This document shows positions 1-12,157 of a stretch of 64,000 nucleotides of DNA, one piece after another. The translations under genes were made by a program, and so were the position numbers. The stretch lies in NCBI RefSeq assembly GCF_001194135.2, contig NC_068987.1, positions 32,264,138 through 32,328,137 of the forward strand. The letters run 5' to 3'. This stretch comes from Octopus bimaculoides (lineage: Eukaryota). Below the pieces are notes generated by a model. That model worked only from the letters and a program-made list of their open reading frames with translations, was not told the origin of the DNA and made no database searches. Each line of letters starts with the position of its first letter. Position 1 is the stretch's first letter.

Positions 1-530
1 AAACATGGAATACGAACTTTTTTGCGAACAACGAAAGAAACAAATGGAAAAAAAAGAGGACAAGTAATATAAAGAACGATCCTTCATCAGTTGTCGGCTG
101 GTTTATCTACTCCACATTTCGAACAATTACGACAAGATGTGTCTTCGAGAAACAGTTTCTCCATCAAAGCAAAATAAAATTTGTGATTTTGCGGAGGGTC
201 AAAGTTGGTAACAAAAATAGGACAGTGAAAACAAACAGTAAGGGCTGCTAAGGTATAACGAGGTGAGGTGGCGAACGCTGGAGGAACAGGCTTTGGCAGG
301 AGAAAGATAGGAGAGGAGACGGACAAGAATGCGTGTGATCTGTGTGGTAGATCAAAAGGAAAGAAAGAAGCTCAAGTTTGGAAAAGAAAGATAGCCGATG
401 GTCACGTGTGAGCAACGAGAGAGTAAAGGAGGAAGAGTGGGAAAGAGAGAGGGACAGACGGAGAACGGTGAAGGGGAGACGAAAAGAATTAGAGAAAGGA
501 TGAGAGAGAAAATTTGGATTTCATTTTAAT
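1..530 (-). mobile_element. Possible Penelope-like pLTR/3' remnant (purine-rich on +) with a degenerate hammerhead-like motif
   Basis: The minus strand at 130-175 reads TTTGATG-GAGAAAC-T-GTTTCTC-GAAGAC...GTC, and there is a CTGATGA at 85-91. The family assignment is inference only. Confidence 0.3.
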
Positions 531-631
531 TTGAATTATGGAAACAAACACAACCTTATTAACAGCAACACAGGCATTGGATTTTGGAAGCATACAATCT
601 CATCGATAACAACGATGTTGAAGTACTTATA

Positions 632-1943
632 CAAGGTACATTCAAAAAGTATTCAACCATTCGGTATAAGAAACAAAACAAAAACAAAACAATTTTGTAC
701 ATATCACAAATTTTAGTTAATCACTTTCAAAATACTTCCATTGGGAGTTCATACACTTCTCCCAGCGGTTCCGCCACTGCTGGTAACATCTTTGGAACGC
801 CTTCGCTGGAATGGCATGGAGCTAGTTCCGCCGTCGCTTTTCTCATAATATTCTCTCGCGACTGAAATCGCTTCTTTTTTAGCGGAGTTTTCAGATTGGA
901 GAAGAGCCAGAACTCACATGATACCAAGTCGAGAGGGTAGGGAGCTTGTCGAATATGTGGTATGTTGTTCTTGAGCAGAAAAGCGCTTGGATTATGTGGG
1001 CAGAATGAGCGGGTGCATTGTCGCGGTGAAGTTAGCAATTCTTCGCTGCCCACATGTCCAGCCGCACAACATCATGAAGGTGACGTATAACTTCCAAGTA
1101 ATATTCCACATTGTTTGGTCATGTGGTGTGTATTCATGATGCACTAATACAACGGGAGTCAAAGAAACAGGTCAACATTACCTTCACATTGCTGCGAACC
1201 TGTTATGCTTTTTTGAGCCCTGGAGTTGACGGATGCTCACATTGGAACGACTGCAATTTGGTTTCCGAGTCGTAACCACAAACTAAGTTCCAGTCGTGAG
1301 CAATTTCATGGATTGTAATACGGCGGTCGTCCATGACTATTCGCCGAACCATCTTAATGGGCTCCTCCTTTCGACTTGTAGATGGCCCGCATTACCGTGC
1401 TTAACTCTCCACTGAGGTGCCTCGCTCTCCACTGCGGTGCCTCGCTCTCCACTGAGGTGCCTCGCTCTCCACTGAGGTACCTCGCTCTCCACTGAGGTGC
1501 TTCGCTCTTCACTGAGGTGCCTCGCTCTCCACTGAGGTGCCTCGCCCTCCACTGAGGTGCCTCGCTCTCCACTGAGGTGTTGCCATGTTTAAAGTGGTTG
1601 TACCACTTTTTGATCTGAGTTTTGGCTATAACTTCATCATTAAATTACCTGTTGAATCCTCTGATAGTTAGCGCTTGAGTATTACCAAGCTTTTGGAAAA
1701 ACTTGATGCAATATATCTGCTCGATGTGTTCGGTCATCTTGCGTAAAAAGGAAAATCTGACGAGCGCGCACTTCAGATATATACTCCAGGCGTGACGGCA
1801 AGAAACTGACGCGGCCTATCGGCTCGAAAATTTTCTCACATGCGCAGGAAAAGTGGCATCACCTCTCACTCAAAAGGATCTTGCCCACGCAGCCTTAGTT
1901 TTGGTGGAAAAAATAAAGTCGGATAGTTTTTGAACGCACCGCG
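632..1943 (-). mobile_element. Decayed mariner (Tc1/mariner) DNA transposon, near full length, with internal deletion and internal minisatellite
   Basis: TA at 630-631 and 1944-1945. Imperfect TIRs CAAGGTACATTCAAAAAGTATTC and (revcomp) CGCGGTGCGTTCAAAAACTATCC. Minus-strand peptides MTEHIEQIYCIKFFQKLGNTQA (HTH, ATG at 1737), GYDSETKLQS, KVMLTCFFDS and QAPYPLDLVSCEFWLFSNLKTPLKKKRF (YSPDLAPCDFWLF-type motif), broken by stops and frameshifts. Confidence 0.92.
1405..1580. repeat. 20-bp minisatellite CTCGCTCTCCACTGAGGTGC, 8 full copies plus 1 partial
   Basis: Units are directly visible at 1421-1580 with isolated substitutions and no spacers. Confidence 0.97.
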
Positions 1944-2651
1944 TACATAATACATTATATATTCACGATATATTTCAGTTTGAATATTGTAGTTGAGGAT
2001 AAATGACTTATCTTTTATATTTTTATATCTAATAGTTCTCTCGAAAACTGTGAGGCTACAGTTGATGATGAAGGTTATTATAATGGTGTTGATAAGTAAA
2101 TAATTAACAACTACAGCCAATGCTACATTATTTAAATCTAAATATAATCTCTTCAACTGAATACAAAAACATCAAGATACCTATACATGATATTTACCTG
2201 CAGCTCTTTTATCATCATGATTATTATTAATTAATTTCCAAATCTTCATAAATACCAGGTGGTATCTCAGAAACATTTTCTATTTATCATAAAAGTAAAT
2301 TTATCTCTCTAAATTGATAATCTTAATGTCCATAAAAAGCTATATTTTCTGTAATAAATCAGTTGCATTCAGCAGGAATGTGTATGCGTGCGCGTGCGCG
2401 TTCATGGCAGATAAAGTGACATTTAAGAAACGTCTACATCGTATCACCTAAAAGCAGCTGAATCTAACATAAACCATACTCTAGCGTTTTTATCTTCTTT
2501 TAAAGCACACATTGTACTATATGGTTTAAGGTACACAATGTCCGAAGAAGATGTGATGCCGTAGTCTAAAATCCATTGATCATAGTTTGCTAGATTTAAG
2601 ATCAACTTTGGACTAAACACCAACGACTATGTTACATCCTACAAACAGTTA

Positions 2652-3934
2652 CGAGGTACATTCCAGAAGTTTTCAGACTTTTTAGGAGAAGCACTTGTAA
2701 CTGTCCTAGATTATTGTGATTTTACTATATCGTTGCTATACATTTAATAATAAGCTGACCTACCAACATTTGTTACTCCAGATTGAAGGAGACGACCGTA
2801 AAAACACTCTGAACACATCCTGCTAAGCACTACTTGTCACAGGTGAAAAGTTTACAGAATGTTGTCGTGACTTAAAGTGGTTGTACCACTTTTTGATCTG
2901 AGTTTTGGCTATAGCTTCATCATTAAATTACCTGTTGAATCCTCTGATAGTTAGCGCTTGAGTATTACCAAGCTTTTGGAAACTGGTTAAAAACACTACT
3001 GAAACTGAGGAAATGCTCCAAACTGCATATAGATTAACTTGTATGAACCGACCATATATTTATCGCTGTCACAAGAGGTTCAAGGACGGTAGAGAGGAGG
3101 CGAGAGACGATGAGAGGTGTTGGATGAAGAGGTGCGCCAGAACATCCGAGCTGGTTGAGGAATCGCAATTTCCTGGATAAAGACCAGAAAAAAGCATTGG
3201 CGTGGCAATTGTACACAGAATTATTTATGAAGGCTTCAACATGCGCAAAATTTGTGCAAAGTTTGTTTCCAGAGTGCTCAGTGACGAACAGAAGAAAAGA
3301 AACATTGGTGACAGCAGGGAGATGGTTGAGCTAACTACATCCAATACAAGACAAGAGTTCTTGAATGTCTGGTAACCTGTGAGGAAAGCTGAATCTGCTG
3401 TTACGATGAAAAGACCAAAAGACAGAGTGCCCAATTGAAGCATCCTGGCTCCCGCAGACCTATGACAGTCAGGCAAAGCAAGCCCGCCAGGAAGTTCATA
3501 ACAGCAAGAGGAATCATTTACTTCCACTGGGTTCCTTCTGGGCGAAAGGCCAACAAAGAGTACTTTGTGGCGGTTTTGAGGGAGGTTAGTTCACAATTCC
3601 ATTCTGATAACAAATTACTTGACAGAGATGGCATCAAAACTATCCCTCACCCTCCCTACAGTCCAAACTTTGATCCTTGTGGTTTCTGGTTAATCCCCAA
3701 GCTTCAGTTGAACCTCAGTGGGAATCATTTTGAAGATATTGAGAAAGTGAAGGAAGCTGTGACAAGAATCCTGGACACCACCACTTAGGAGGAGTACCAT
3801 GGGGCCTTCACGAGGTGGTTGGAGCAAGTGCATTGAAGTTAGAAGATTTGCCTTGAAGGAGACTAAAGTTTTGTACTTTGAAATTAACAAATGTCTTTCC
3901 TGAAAAAGTCTCACATCTTTTGGAATGCACCTTG
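2652..3934 (+). mobile_element. Second decayed mariner transposon, about 1.28 kb
   Basis: TA at 2650-2651 and 3935-3936. TIRs CGAGGTACATTCCAGAAG and (revcomp) CAAGGTGCATTCCAAAAG. Peptides KLVKNTTETEEMLQTAY..HKRFKDGREEARDDER and HPPYSPNFDPCGFWLIPKL..LSGNHFEDIEKVKEAVT (ORF 3435-3788). Confidence 0.92.
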
Positions 3935-4289
3935 TACATAACTTTCGTAGAATACACTGGTTCTTGGAATCTGGATTTCAGACCCTGTACACATATTGCT
4001 TCCTTACTGAATGTTCAATGCTATTGTATCGTAGTGAACGTCTATTGGAGCGTCAGTCTAGGAAACTGAAGGTCGCATTTTCAAATATCTCAGAGCATTT
4101 ACTTATGTTTCATTTAAAACACTTGTTACACGTTTGTCTTATGGCAATCTAAACGTAGCTCTAAATATTCTTCAGCCCAACTGTAAAGCCATAATCTGTT
4201 TTCCATAACACATAAATTTGTATTGATTCCTTTTAGGTGATGAAACAGTGTAGCTTGTTTATATTTAAAAAAATATACTTATTAATTAC

Positions 4290-4519
4290 GGAGATGCACT
4301 CGCATAGCAAGTGACCTGATCTGAGATTGTGTGCTGAAACAAAAACAACTGCAGCGTGGAAGGTGTTTCTAAGCTATTTAAACACACGCAAAAACTATTA
4401 GATTCACTTCAACATTTAAATTTAACCTGTCAAAATATTTTCGTCATTTTGTCAGTGAGCAGGTTTCGGTTACAAAGCGATGAAAATATTTTGACAAATT
4501 AAATTTAAACACCTTCCAC
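4290..4519 (+). repeat. Interspersed repeat fragment with an inverted (fold-back) duplication
   Basis: TTTAAATTTAA..TGTCAAAATATTTTCGTC (4415-4445) is mirrored by GATGAAAATATTTTGACAAATTAAATTTAAA (4479-4509). CACCTTCCAC (4510-4519) is the revcomp of GTGGAAGGTG near 4356. Confidence 0.7.
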
Positions 4520-6272
4520 TTATTAATTGATAGAATTAATATACAAAGTTGAGATAATTGGAAACGTAAAGTAAATTTACGAGGGTGTGTGTATATCTTG
4601 TAATTTCGATTGAGTCTCGCTCTGAACAGATAAACTCAATAGTTAAACCGCAGATTCTTCTATCTGTGACAGAAAAATAGACCGAGCTGACTAGTTAAAA
4701 TTTTATTAAAACTCATAAAAGATTTGTTACTGCTTCCAGGACGTAGAGACCCTACTCTATCGCCAGACGTTTTTAGGGATCCAACATCCAGAATCCACGT
4801 TACAAGAATATCTGTCTCTTGGTCTTTATAGTGGAAGTGGTGGTGTACATTTCTACCCAACAGTATCTTCGCTTTGAAGGGGAAGTTAATCTCTTTGTTG
4901 ACACTATATCAGTTCCTATTTGATGCAAATGAGGTTAGGAAAAGCATGAACATTACAATTTTCAACCCTCCCTTCTGTTGCTATGTTGCTATTAATAATG
5001 TGCTTTCGAACTTATTCAAAATATATCAGTTATATAATTCTACAGTGACTGTACTTACGATAATTTCACCTTGATAGACATAGGCTGTGCAGGGGTTTAT
5101 GAGTTACGTCTCCTATTATAAATGTATGGATGATATCTAGATTCGAACAACTGTCTCAGCCACCTACAATTTTACTAAAATAGATTAATAATGATAATAA
5201 CGATAATTGACATTTTATGTTTTATAACGATATTGAATATTGAATGTTTGTTAAAACAGCCGTTCTATTTGGAACAGAATGCGGTGAAATCCTATTTTGA
5301 ACAGAATACATTGATTTCACATTTTGCTGCTAAAATTGCTATCGTCTTTACATTAATTTAAAAAGCCAGTGTTTACGGATGGTTAACGAGTGTTTGAGAG
5401 CAAGGGTTACAAATCTCATAGATCAAATGGTCCGATGTTTAAATCAATGGATTGGGGAAACATGTAATCGCTATATACGATTAAGTGAAGTCAGACTTTA
5501 AATCGACTGCTGAGCTATATAGTTAAGTGCGTTTATCATGAGTTAAATAAAGTACTGGTGGCAGGTCACAGAATGCTGATATCACAGTTGGTTTTAGTAT
5601 ATTCTGTAAATTCACTTCATTCACACTATTTTCAATTTCTGTGGTGTAAGATACAAAATCTATTATAACTATATATACATGTATATATCACGCAATATTT
5701 CTAATGTACCAGCAAGAGGTCATTTTACACTAACTCTAATGACATAACTCTAGATCAAACTAATATCATAAAAGTTTATTTTATCTCACACCACTGGAGT
5801 CTATATTATAATAATAAATGAATCTGTCCGTTTGTCACAATGCGTTATTAACTAACAAACTGTTGTTGCTGTAGCTAAAAAGTTGCTTCCATTGACCTCA
5901 GTATACTATTTATCAAATCATTGTCATTCTCTTTTTCACACTCTTATATGTTTATCCATGTATTTATCTAGGTATTTCGTTATAACTTGCGCTCTCTGTA
6001 AATCCTTCATTCACTTCCTCTTGTCCTCTCTTTCTATGGAAGAAATAAGCTATCATTAGCACTGGAGGGGAGCTTCGCTAGGCTGAGATGCCCAACACAG
6101 ATTATAAATCACAGCTAGTAGCGTTTTAAGAAAGATGCTGATGGTGTTGCAGTACCAGGTCCGTTTATGAAATATTTACAGTACGCAGAATATCCAGACT
6201 GGTTTTGTCTTGAGAAATACTTGTACGCCAAAATATCTCATTTACCAGTCAATAACACAAGTTTAATATATT

Positions 6273-6487
6273 CTTTTCTACACTAGGCACAAGGCTCAAC
6301 ATTTTTTGGGGAGGGGACCAGTCGATTAGCTCGATCCCAGTACGCAAGTAGTACTTAATTTATCGACCCCGAAAGGATGAAAGGCAAAGTCGACCTCAGC
6401 GGAATTTGAACTCAGAACATAAAGACAGACGAAATACCGCTAAGCGTTTCTCCCGGCATGCTAACGTTTCTGCCAGCTCACCGCCTT
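6273..6487 (-). mobile_element. tRNA-derived SINE family B (Meta-domain-like), full length with a 16-bp TSD
   Basis: The minus strand reads AAGGCGGTGAGCTGGCAGAAACG...GAGTTCAAATTCCGC (B box)...GCCTTTCATCCTTTCGGGGTCGATAAA. TSD ACAAGTTTAATATATT at 6257-6272 and 6488-6503. The domain name is from memory of SINE superfamilies. Confidence 0.9.
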
Positions 6488-6772
6488 ACAAGTTTAATAT
6501 ATTATATAATGAGAGTGTCTTATAACATCTACGGCATCAATGATTTCGACATATTATCGAAGATGAAAATAGAAAACCGAGAGATTAGAATCTGTCAGTT
6601 GGTTATGTATGGTTTGATTTTAGATCAATAGTTTCAGTTTACAACTGCGTAACAATAAAAAAATCTAGTCTCCAGAGGGCCAAGCATCAATTTTTTGTTT
6701 ACTCGCCTGGGATTCGACCAAACTGAGTCACAAATTCTATATATCTTATCACACACGCGCGCGCGCGCACAC

Positions 6773-7047
6773 ACATAGTTATAACCAAAAGTTTGGAGCA
6801 CAGGTCTGAGATTTTTTCTTCTAGATATTGGACCATTTGAAAGTCTGATATATCTGTCATTTTAATGAATTTTAATTACTTTTTTTTGATGATGACTAAA
6901 AAGAATCAGCAATTTTAGCAAAACATTAAGCAACACTAATAATAAATCAAAAAACATAAAAATAAACAAGCTTTTGTTGGTTTTATAGATATTTCAAAAT
7001 TATAACGCTATGATGTTAGCTGTTTCCATTATTTTGTCCAACCCCTG
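6773..7047. mobile_element. Tc1-like non-autonomous element remnant
   Basis: The right end revcomp CAGGGGTTGGACAAAATAATGGAAACA is a Tc1-type TIR. The left end ...ACCAAAAGTTTGGAGCAC is a divergent counterpart. Confidence 0.45.
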
Positions 7048-7652
7048 CATATAAATACATACACACAAACACACACACATACGCACATACACACACACAC
7101 AAACACACATACCTACGCACCTACACACATATATATGTATATATATGTATANNNNNNNNNNNNNNNNNNNNNNNNNNNNNNNNNNNNNNNNNNNNNNNNN
7201 NNNNNNNNNNNNNNNNNNNNNNNNNNNNNNNNNNNNNNNNNNNNNNNNNNNNNNNNNNNNNNNNNNNNNNNNNNNNNNNNNNNNNNNNNNNNNNNNNNNN
7301 NNNNNNNNNNNNNNNNNNNNNNNNNNNNNNNNNNNNNNNNNNNNNNNNNNNNNNNNNNNNNNNNNNNNNNNNNNNNNNNNNNNNNNNNNNNNNNNNNNNN
7401 NNNNNNNNNNNNNNNNNNNNNNNNNNNNNNNNNNNNNNNNNNNNNNNNNNNNNNNNNNNNNNNNNNNNNNNNNNNNNNNNNNNNNNNNNNNNNNNNNNNN
7501 NNNNNNNNNNNNNNNNNNNNNNNNNNNNNNNNNNNNNNNNNNNNNNNNNNNNNNNNNNNNNNNAGAGAGAGAGAGAGAGAGAGACAAAGAAATTTTGGGA
7601 GAGCTGATGATGTTCTATTAAAAGTAGTAGTGCTGATGATAGCAATGGGAGT

Positions 7653-7708
<56 letters not shown>

Positions 7709-8194
7709 GAGAGAGAAAGAGGGAGGACGAGAGAGAGGGTATGTGTGGATAAGTGAGAGAAAGCGGGAGTTGATGTACAACTTTCTTGGACAGAAATTCC
7801 TGTGGCCAGTATACTCAACCAGTTACTGAGCACTAACATTTTTGTTTTATTTTTGCTTTCTTTAATACATATATACACACTCACACACACATATATGCGT
7901 CTACACCCAACCCCACACACACATATATATATATAAAATACGCTTTAATTGAAATACAGTTTCCCCAAAATTAAACATATCTAATATAATAAATGTAAAT
8001 GTCAGTGTGTCAGTGTGTCACACTTTCTCAACTTTACTCCTGAAGGCCGTAGCCCAACATATCATACCATTTTGGAATCAGGCTGACTCCGTGAGTAAAT
8101 TAAATAAATTCCAGGGAGAATCCTGTCCTGCAATCGTGAAATTTTGGGTTTCTATGTTTTCTTTACTGCGACTGTTTTCGGGGATTTTCTTTAC

Positions 8195-8296
8195 AGGATT
8201 TTTAGCGACAAATATGATCATCATTGGGATATGACTCTGGAGGAAGCAAGTGCAACAAATTCCCCAAAATAAGTCAGAGATCTGTTTGCAGATCTT
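8195..8296 (+). pseudogene. Short Helitron Rep-helicase remnant
   Basis: One frame reads DHHWDMTLEEASATNSPK*VRDLFADL, matching the Helitron pattern DD.HWD.TLEEA....P.QIR.LFAI+L (recalled motif). Confidence 0.5.
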
Positions 8297-8324
8297 CCCA
8301 TTAGGTGATAGTTGTTTAAAAGCT

Positions 8325-8486
8325 GCAGTAGTGGCTGTGTGGTAAGTAGCTTGCTTACCAACCACATGGCTCTGGGTTCATTCCTACTGCGTGGCACCTT
8401 GAGCAAGTGTCTTCTACTATAGCCTCGGACCGACCAAAGCCTTGTGAGTGGATTTGGTAGACGGAAACTGAAAGAAGCCTGTCGTA

Positions 8487-8531
<45 letters not shown>

Positions 8532-8758
8532 ATGTGTGTGTATATGTTTGTGTCTGTTTGTCCCCCTAACATCGCTTGACAACCGATGGTGGTGTGTTTA
8601 CGTCCCCGTAACTTAGCGGTTCGGTAAAAGAGACCGATAGAATAAGTACTAGGCATCCAAAGAATAAGTCCTGGGGTCGATTTGCTCGACTAAAGGCGGT
8701 GCTTCAGCATGGCCGTAGTCAAATGACTGAAACAAGTAAAAGAGTGAAAAGAGTAAAA
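8325..8758 (+). mobile_element. tRNA-derived SINE family A (CORE-like, bipartite, with internal microsatellite)
   Basis: GTGGCTGTGTGGTAAG (A box), GGGTTC, GCACCTTGAGCAAGTGTCTT (CORE-like), internal (TA)n(TG)n, right arm ending AAACAAGTAAAAGAGT. Confidence 0.9.
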
Positions 8759-8834
8759 AAAGAGAGAGAATACTAGCCCGATAGGGCGGCTCTTAAGCTA
8801 GTATGTAGCTAGTATGTAGTGAGTGTGTGACTTT

Positions 8835-9051
8835 GTTCCTGTGTTCGTCCCCCACCACCGCTTAACAACCGGTGTTGGTGTGTTTATGTGCCAGTAAATT
8901 TGCGGTTCGGCAAAAGAGATTGGCAGAATAAGTACTATGCTTAAAAACAAATAAGTTTTGGGGGTTGATTTATTCGATCAAAATCCTTCAAGGCGGTGCC
9001 TCAGCTTAGCTGCTATCAAATGACTGAGATAAGTAAAAGATAAAAGATAAA

Positions 9052-9055
<4 letters not shown>
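8835..9055 (+). mobile_element. SINE family A right arm only
   Basis: Diverged copy of 8555-8750 with an (AAAAGAT)n tail followed by (AT)n. Confidence 0.8.
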
Positions 9056-9100
<45 letters not shown>

Positions 9101-9329
9101 CAAATAAGTGCACAATAATCCTTTGAAAGAGACATCATTATTGGACAACAAGATTATTTATATAATAAATCATTATCATAGAGTGGTCAATACTGTATAG
9201 TGAAAGGTAATGCATAACATATAGTAAAGAAAGAATAATTGAAGGGGATTTGGAACCCGGATTCTAAGAACCAATATATTCTAAAAATGGGATGTATTTA
9301 TTTGAAAAAATGACTACATAATTGGATTC

Positions 9330-9700
9330 CCGATGAGAATAAATCTGTTTGTCACTACTCTAAACATCAAAAGCTGTCGATTATTTTTGATTGATGAAAA
9401 TAAGAAACAAATATATCCGGCTTTATAAAACTGAAACAAAACAGAAAATGTCTAAATGAACAAATGGATGAGATATGTCACTAGCTAGTCCGCCAGTTTT
9501 GTAAATTGGAGATCAAGAGTTAGAGTCTGTACTGTAATTTAGCCGTAATTTTCCTATTTTTAATGCGTCTTTATAGGGGAATTAATACTATGTCCACAAG
9601 GTCAATTGTAAGAGACCTCTTAATTTATATCAATGAACTGCCATTTAATTTCGTTAAATCGGTCGCTAGTTATCTTTTGGATACATCTGTTTGCTACCAC
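9330..9700 (+). pseudogene. Highly decayed CR1/L2-type LINE reverse-transcriptase fragment
   Basis: Frameshifted motifs TSKAVD (SKAFD), KWMRY, PQG and LLIYINELP..SVASYLLDT (LFLIYINDLP..YADDT). Confidence 0.45.
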
Positions 9701-10599
9701 CATCCTAGACACGCGCGGTCACACACACACACACACACAAGGGCGCGCGCGCGTCATGATCGCTAATATATGTCTGCTTTATTATTGAAAATACATCTCT
9801 TATGAACTTCAACAGTATCAATTTCGCGAGATTAATTTAATTTTATAAAGTACAGAAATCGTATCTCAGATACTTCCTGGAATTTATGAAGATATGGATG
9901 GCGGCAGTGATAGTAGTAGTGCTGACGGAATAACTGTAATTAGATATCATGAGTAGATAGTTTGATGTCATTGTCTTGCACAAATGAGATTATATTCGGA
10001 TTTTAATATCACAGCATTAGCTCAAGATAAAATTAGGTATTTATCATCTGCCGTATTATTTCTTTGCTACATTTTCCAAGTTGAATATCATGGCAACATA
10101 CGAATTAGTAATCTTTATATTTACATTTAATATGCATACATACATACATACATACATACATACATGCATACATATATGTGCGTGTGTGTGTGTGCGTGTG
10201 TGTATTTAGCATTTCTTCTAGAAACGTTGATGATAATGTTAGTAAGGAAGTTTATTATCATTAAGAGCATTTCGTATAAAAGGTTCAACTGTGTAGTTGG
10301 TTAAATTTCCATATTAGAAAGAAAACTGTTTTGAATAACTATGAGAATTAAGATGATGATGATGATGTTATTTAATAACTTGATAAATAGTGTTATGATA
10401 CATTTTCTAGTTGTCTCGTGCTTCAAATAAATTGAATAAATTATGTTAAACTGTTTTCGTTGTACGTATGACATCAGTAATTTCCGTTTATTTTCAACGT
10501 CTGATGATATTGTAAATCAAGATTTTGCAGTCAAGGGTGAGTTTTCAGATAAATAGTTTTATTTGTGAAATGTGTAGCAACAGAGATAAAAAGTGTTTA

Positions 10600-11580
10600 G
10601 TTGGTTAATGGCCCAGTTTGACATCTCTAATTACTATGCTTCAACATCACCTATTCTCTTAAATAAAACCCTAATCTCTGCTAGGTAATATGCATTTATC
10701 TCTTGATCTGGTATTGACATCATCCTAATTGCTAGGAAAACACTAAGTTACTTTAAGGATAATTACTGTACTCGCAACTCGTCTACGGGTTTCTTTGATA
10801 TGACCATGGGCTCTTCTGACTCAGCCTTGGTTACTGACCTAGTTGGCCTATTTCTTCTTTCCGAAATTAAACAACAATTCACCAACCTCTCCGGAGGGCT
10901 CTGCAGGGACGATGCACTTCTTATAGCCACTCGTCTATCTCGACCTGCTGAACGCACCAAGAAAACCTTCCATGAACTTTTAAAAAATTACAACCTAATT
11001 ATCTCTTTCGAAAATGACACCAAAGTGGCCGATTTTTTAGACGTTTCTCTTGGTTTAAATATTAACCCATATCACTTTTTCTATAATACCAATCAATCAT
11101 TACAATATATCAATGTCCTATCTAATCAACCTACTCTTACCCTCAATAGCATAGTCACCGGCATCTGTATCAGAATCTTCAACTTAACAGCTGATGAAGA
11201 CATTTTTAACAATCACTCTCCAGATTATAATCAAGCTCTCCAGATCAGTGATTTCCATGAAAAGATCTCTTATATCTCCAGCACTAAACTTAGAACTAAA
11301 ATTGCACATCTCTTTCCTAGTACTAATCCCAGACCCACCAAACCTTCTTCCACTCATCAACAATCCATCAATCCTCAAAAAACACCTACGCCTCGCACTC
11401 GACATCCTCAACAATTAAATCGAAGTTATAATGACTACAAGCCTCCCTATCTGAACCCACCCATTATACCTACGAGCTCTAAGCCCTCTAAGGGCAGGAA
11501 GTGCGAGATCCTATGGTTCGAACCACCTTTCTTTCTTCAACCTGCGCGTCTAATTTAGGATCCATAACTGCATCCTCTAA
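10600..11580 (+). mobile_element. Penelope-like element RT/thumb fragment (Neptune/Naiad-like type)
   Basis: QFDISNYYAS (FDIV.FYPS), DIILIARKTL, FDMTMGSSDSALVTDLVGLFLL (FDVTMGSFDGAE+CELVG), GLCRDDAL (GLYRDDGL), DFLDVSL, YINVLSNQP, YNQALQISDF and RKCEILWFEPPF (RKR.IIWFNPP). ORF 10800-11558. Confidence 0.88.
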
Positions 11581-12157
11581 CAAACGCTGACTTCAACGCC
11601 TCTCCTTAGAACCAATAATCTATCCCATTGAATTCCATCCAAACCCACCTAAATGCAATAATACAACCCTTAGTAACTCCACCCAATTCAATAATACTAA
11701 CCTTAATGCTTTTCCCCACAATACTACCCATGTGGCTACATATCCTAGCGGTGATACCCCCCCCCCCTAAACCAACACTGATTCTGATTAAACCTCAAAC
11801 AGTCCATTATGACTTCCTATTGGCATGTCGTCTAAGATTATTCTTATAATCATTCATTCCCCAACATTGTGGTCAGTACTGTGCGCTTAAGGTAACTTAA
11901 CTGAATACTAAGACAGCCTCGCAGTGTCATTCTTTACACGAGGTAATTTCTGCTCGTTTACATTGGCTAAGCGGAAGGGATGAATGCTTCCATATCCTAC
12001 AAGTCACGCCCTCTGAAATAAATGGATTTGTGTCTAGTTAAACAAATTATGCAAATGTCGATATCACTACACAGTTTCAATAGTTGATTTATTCTATTTC
12101 ACATATCCTTCATTGTAAATGTCTGGAGAAGGCCTTAATAACTAGGAAATACATTTT

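Noticed and set aside
85-91. Other CTGATGA/CTGACGA occurrences (85, 19386, 20108, 35601, 37130, 62722) as hammerheads
   Set aside because: None has a properly placed stem II plus GAAA and NUH; a 7-mer is expected by chance.
1405-1580. CRISPR-like array
   Set aside because: The units are contiguous with no unique spacers, the context is eukaryotic, and the repeat derives from mariner coding sequence.
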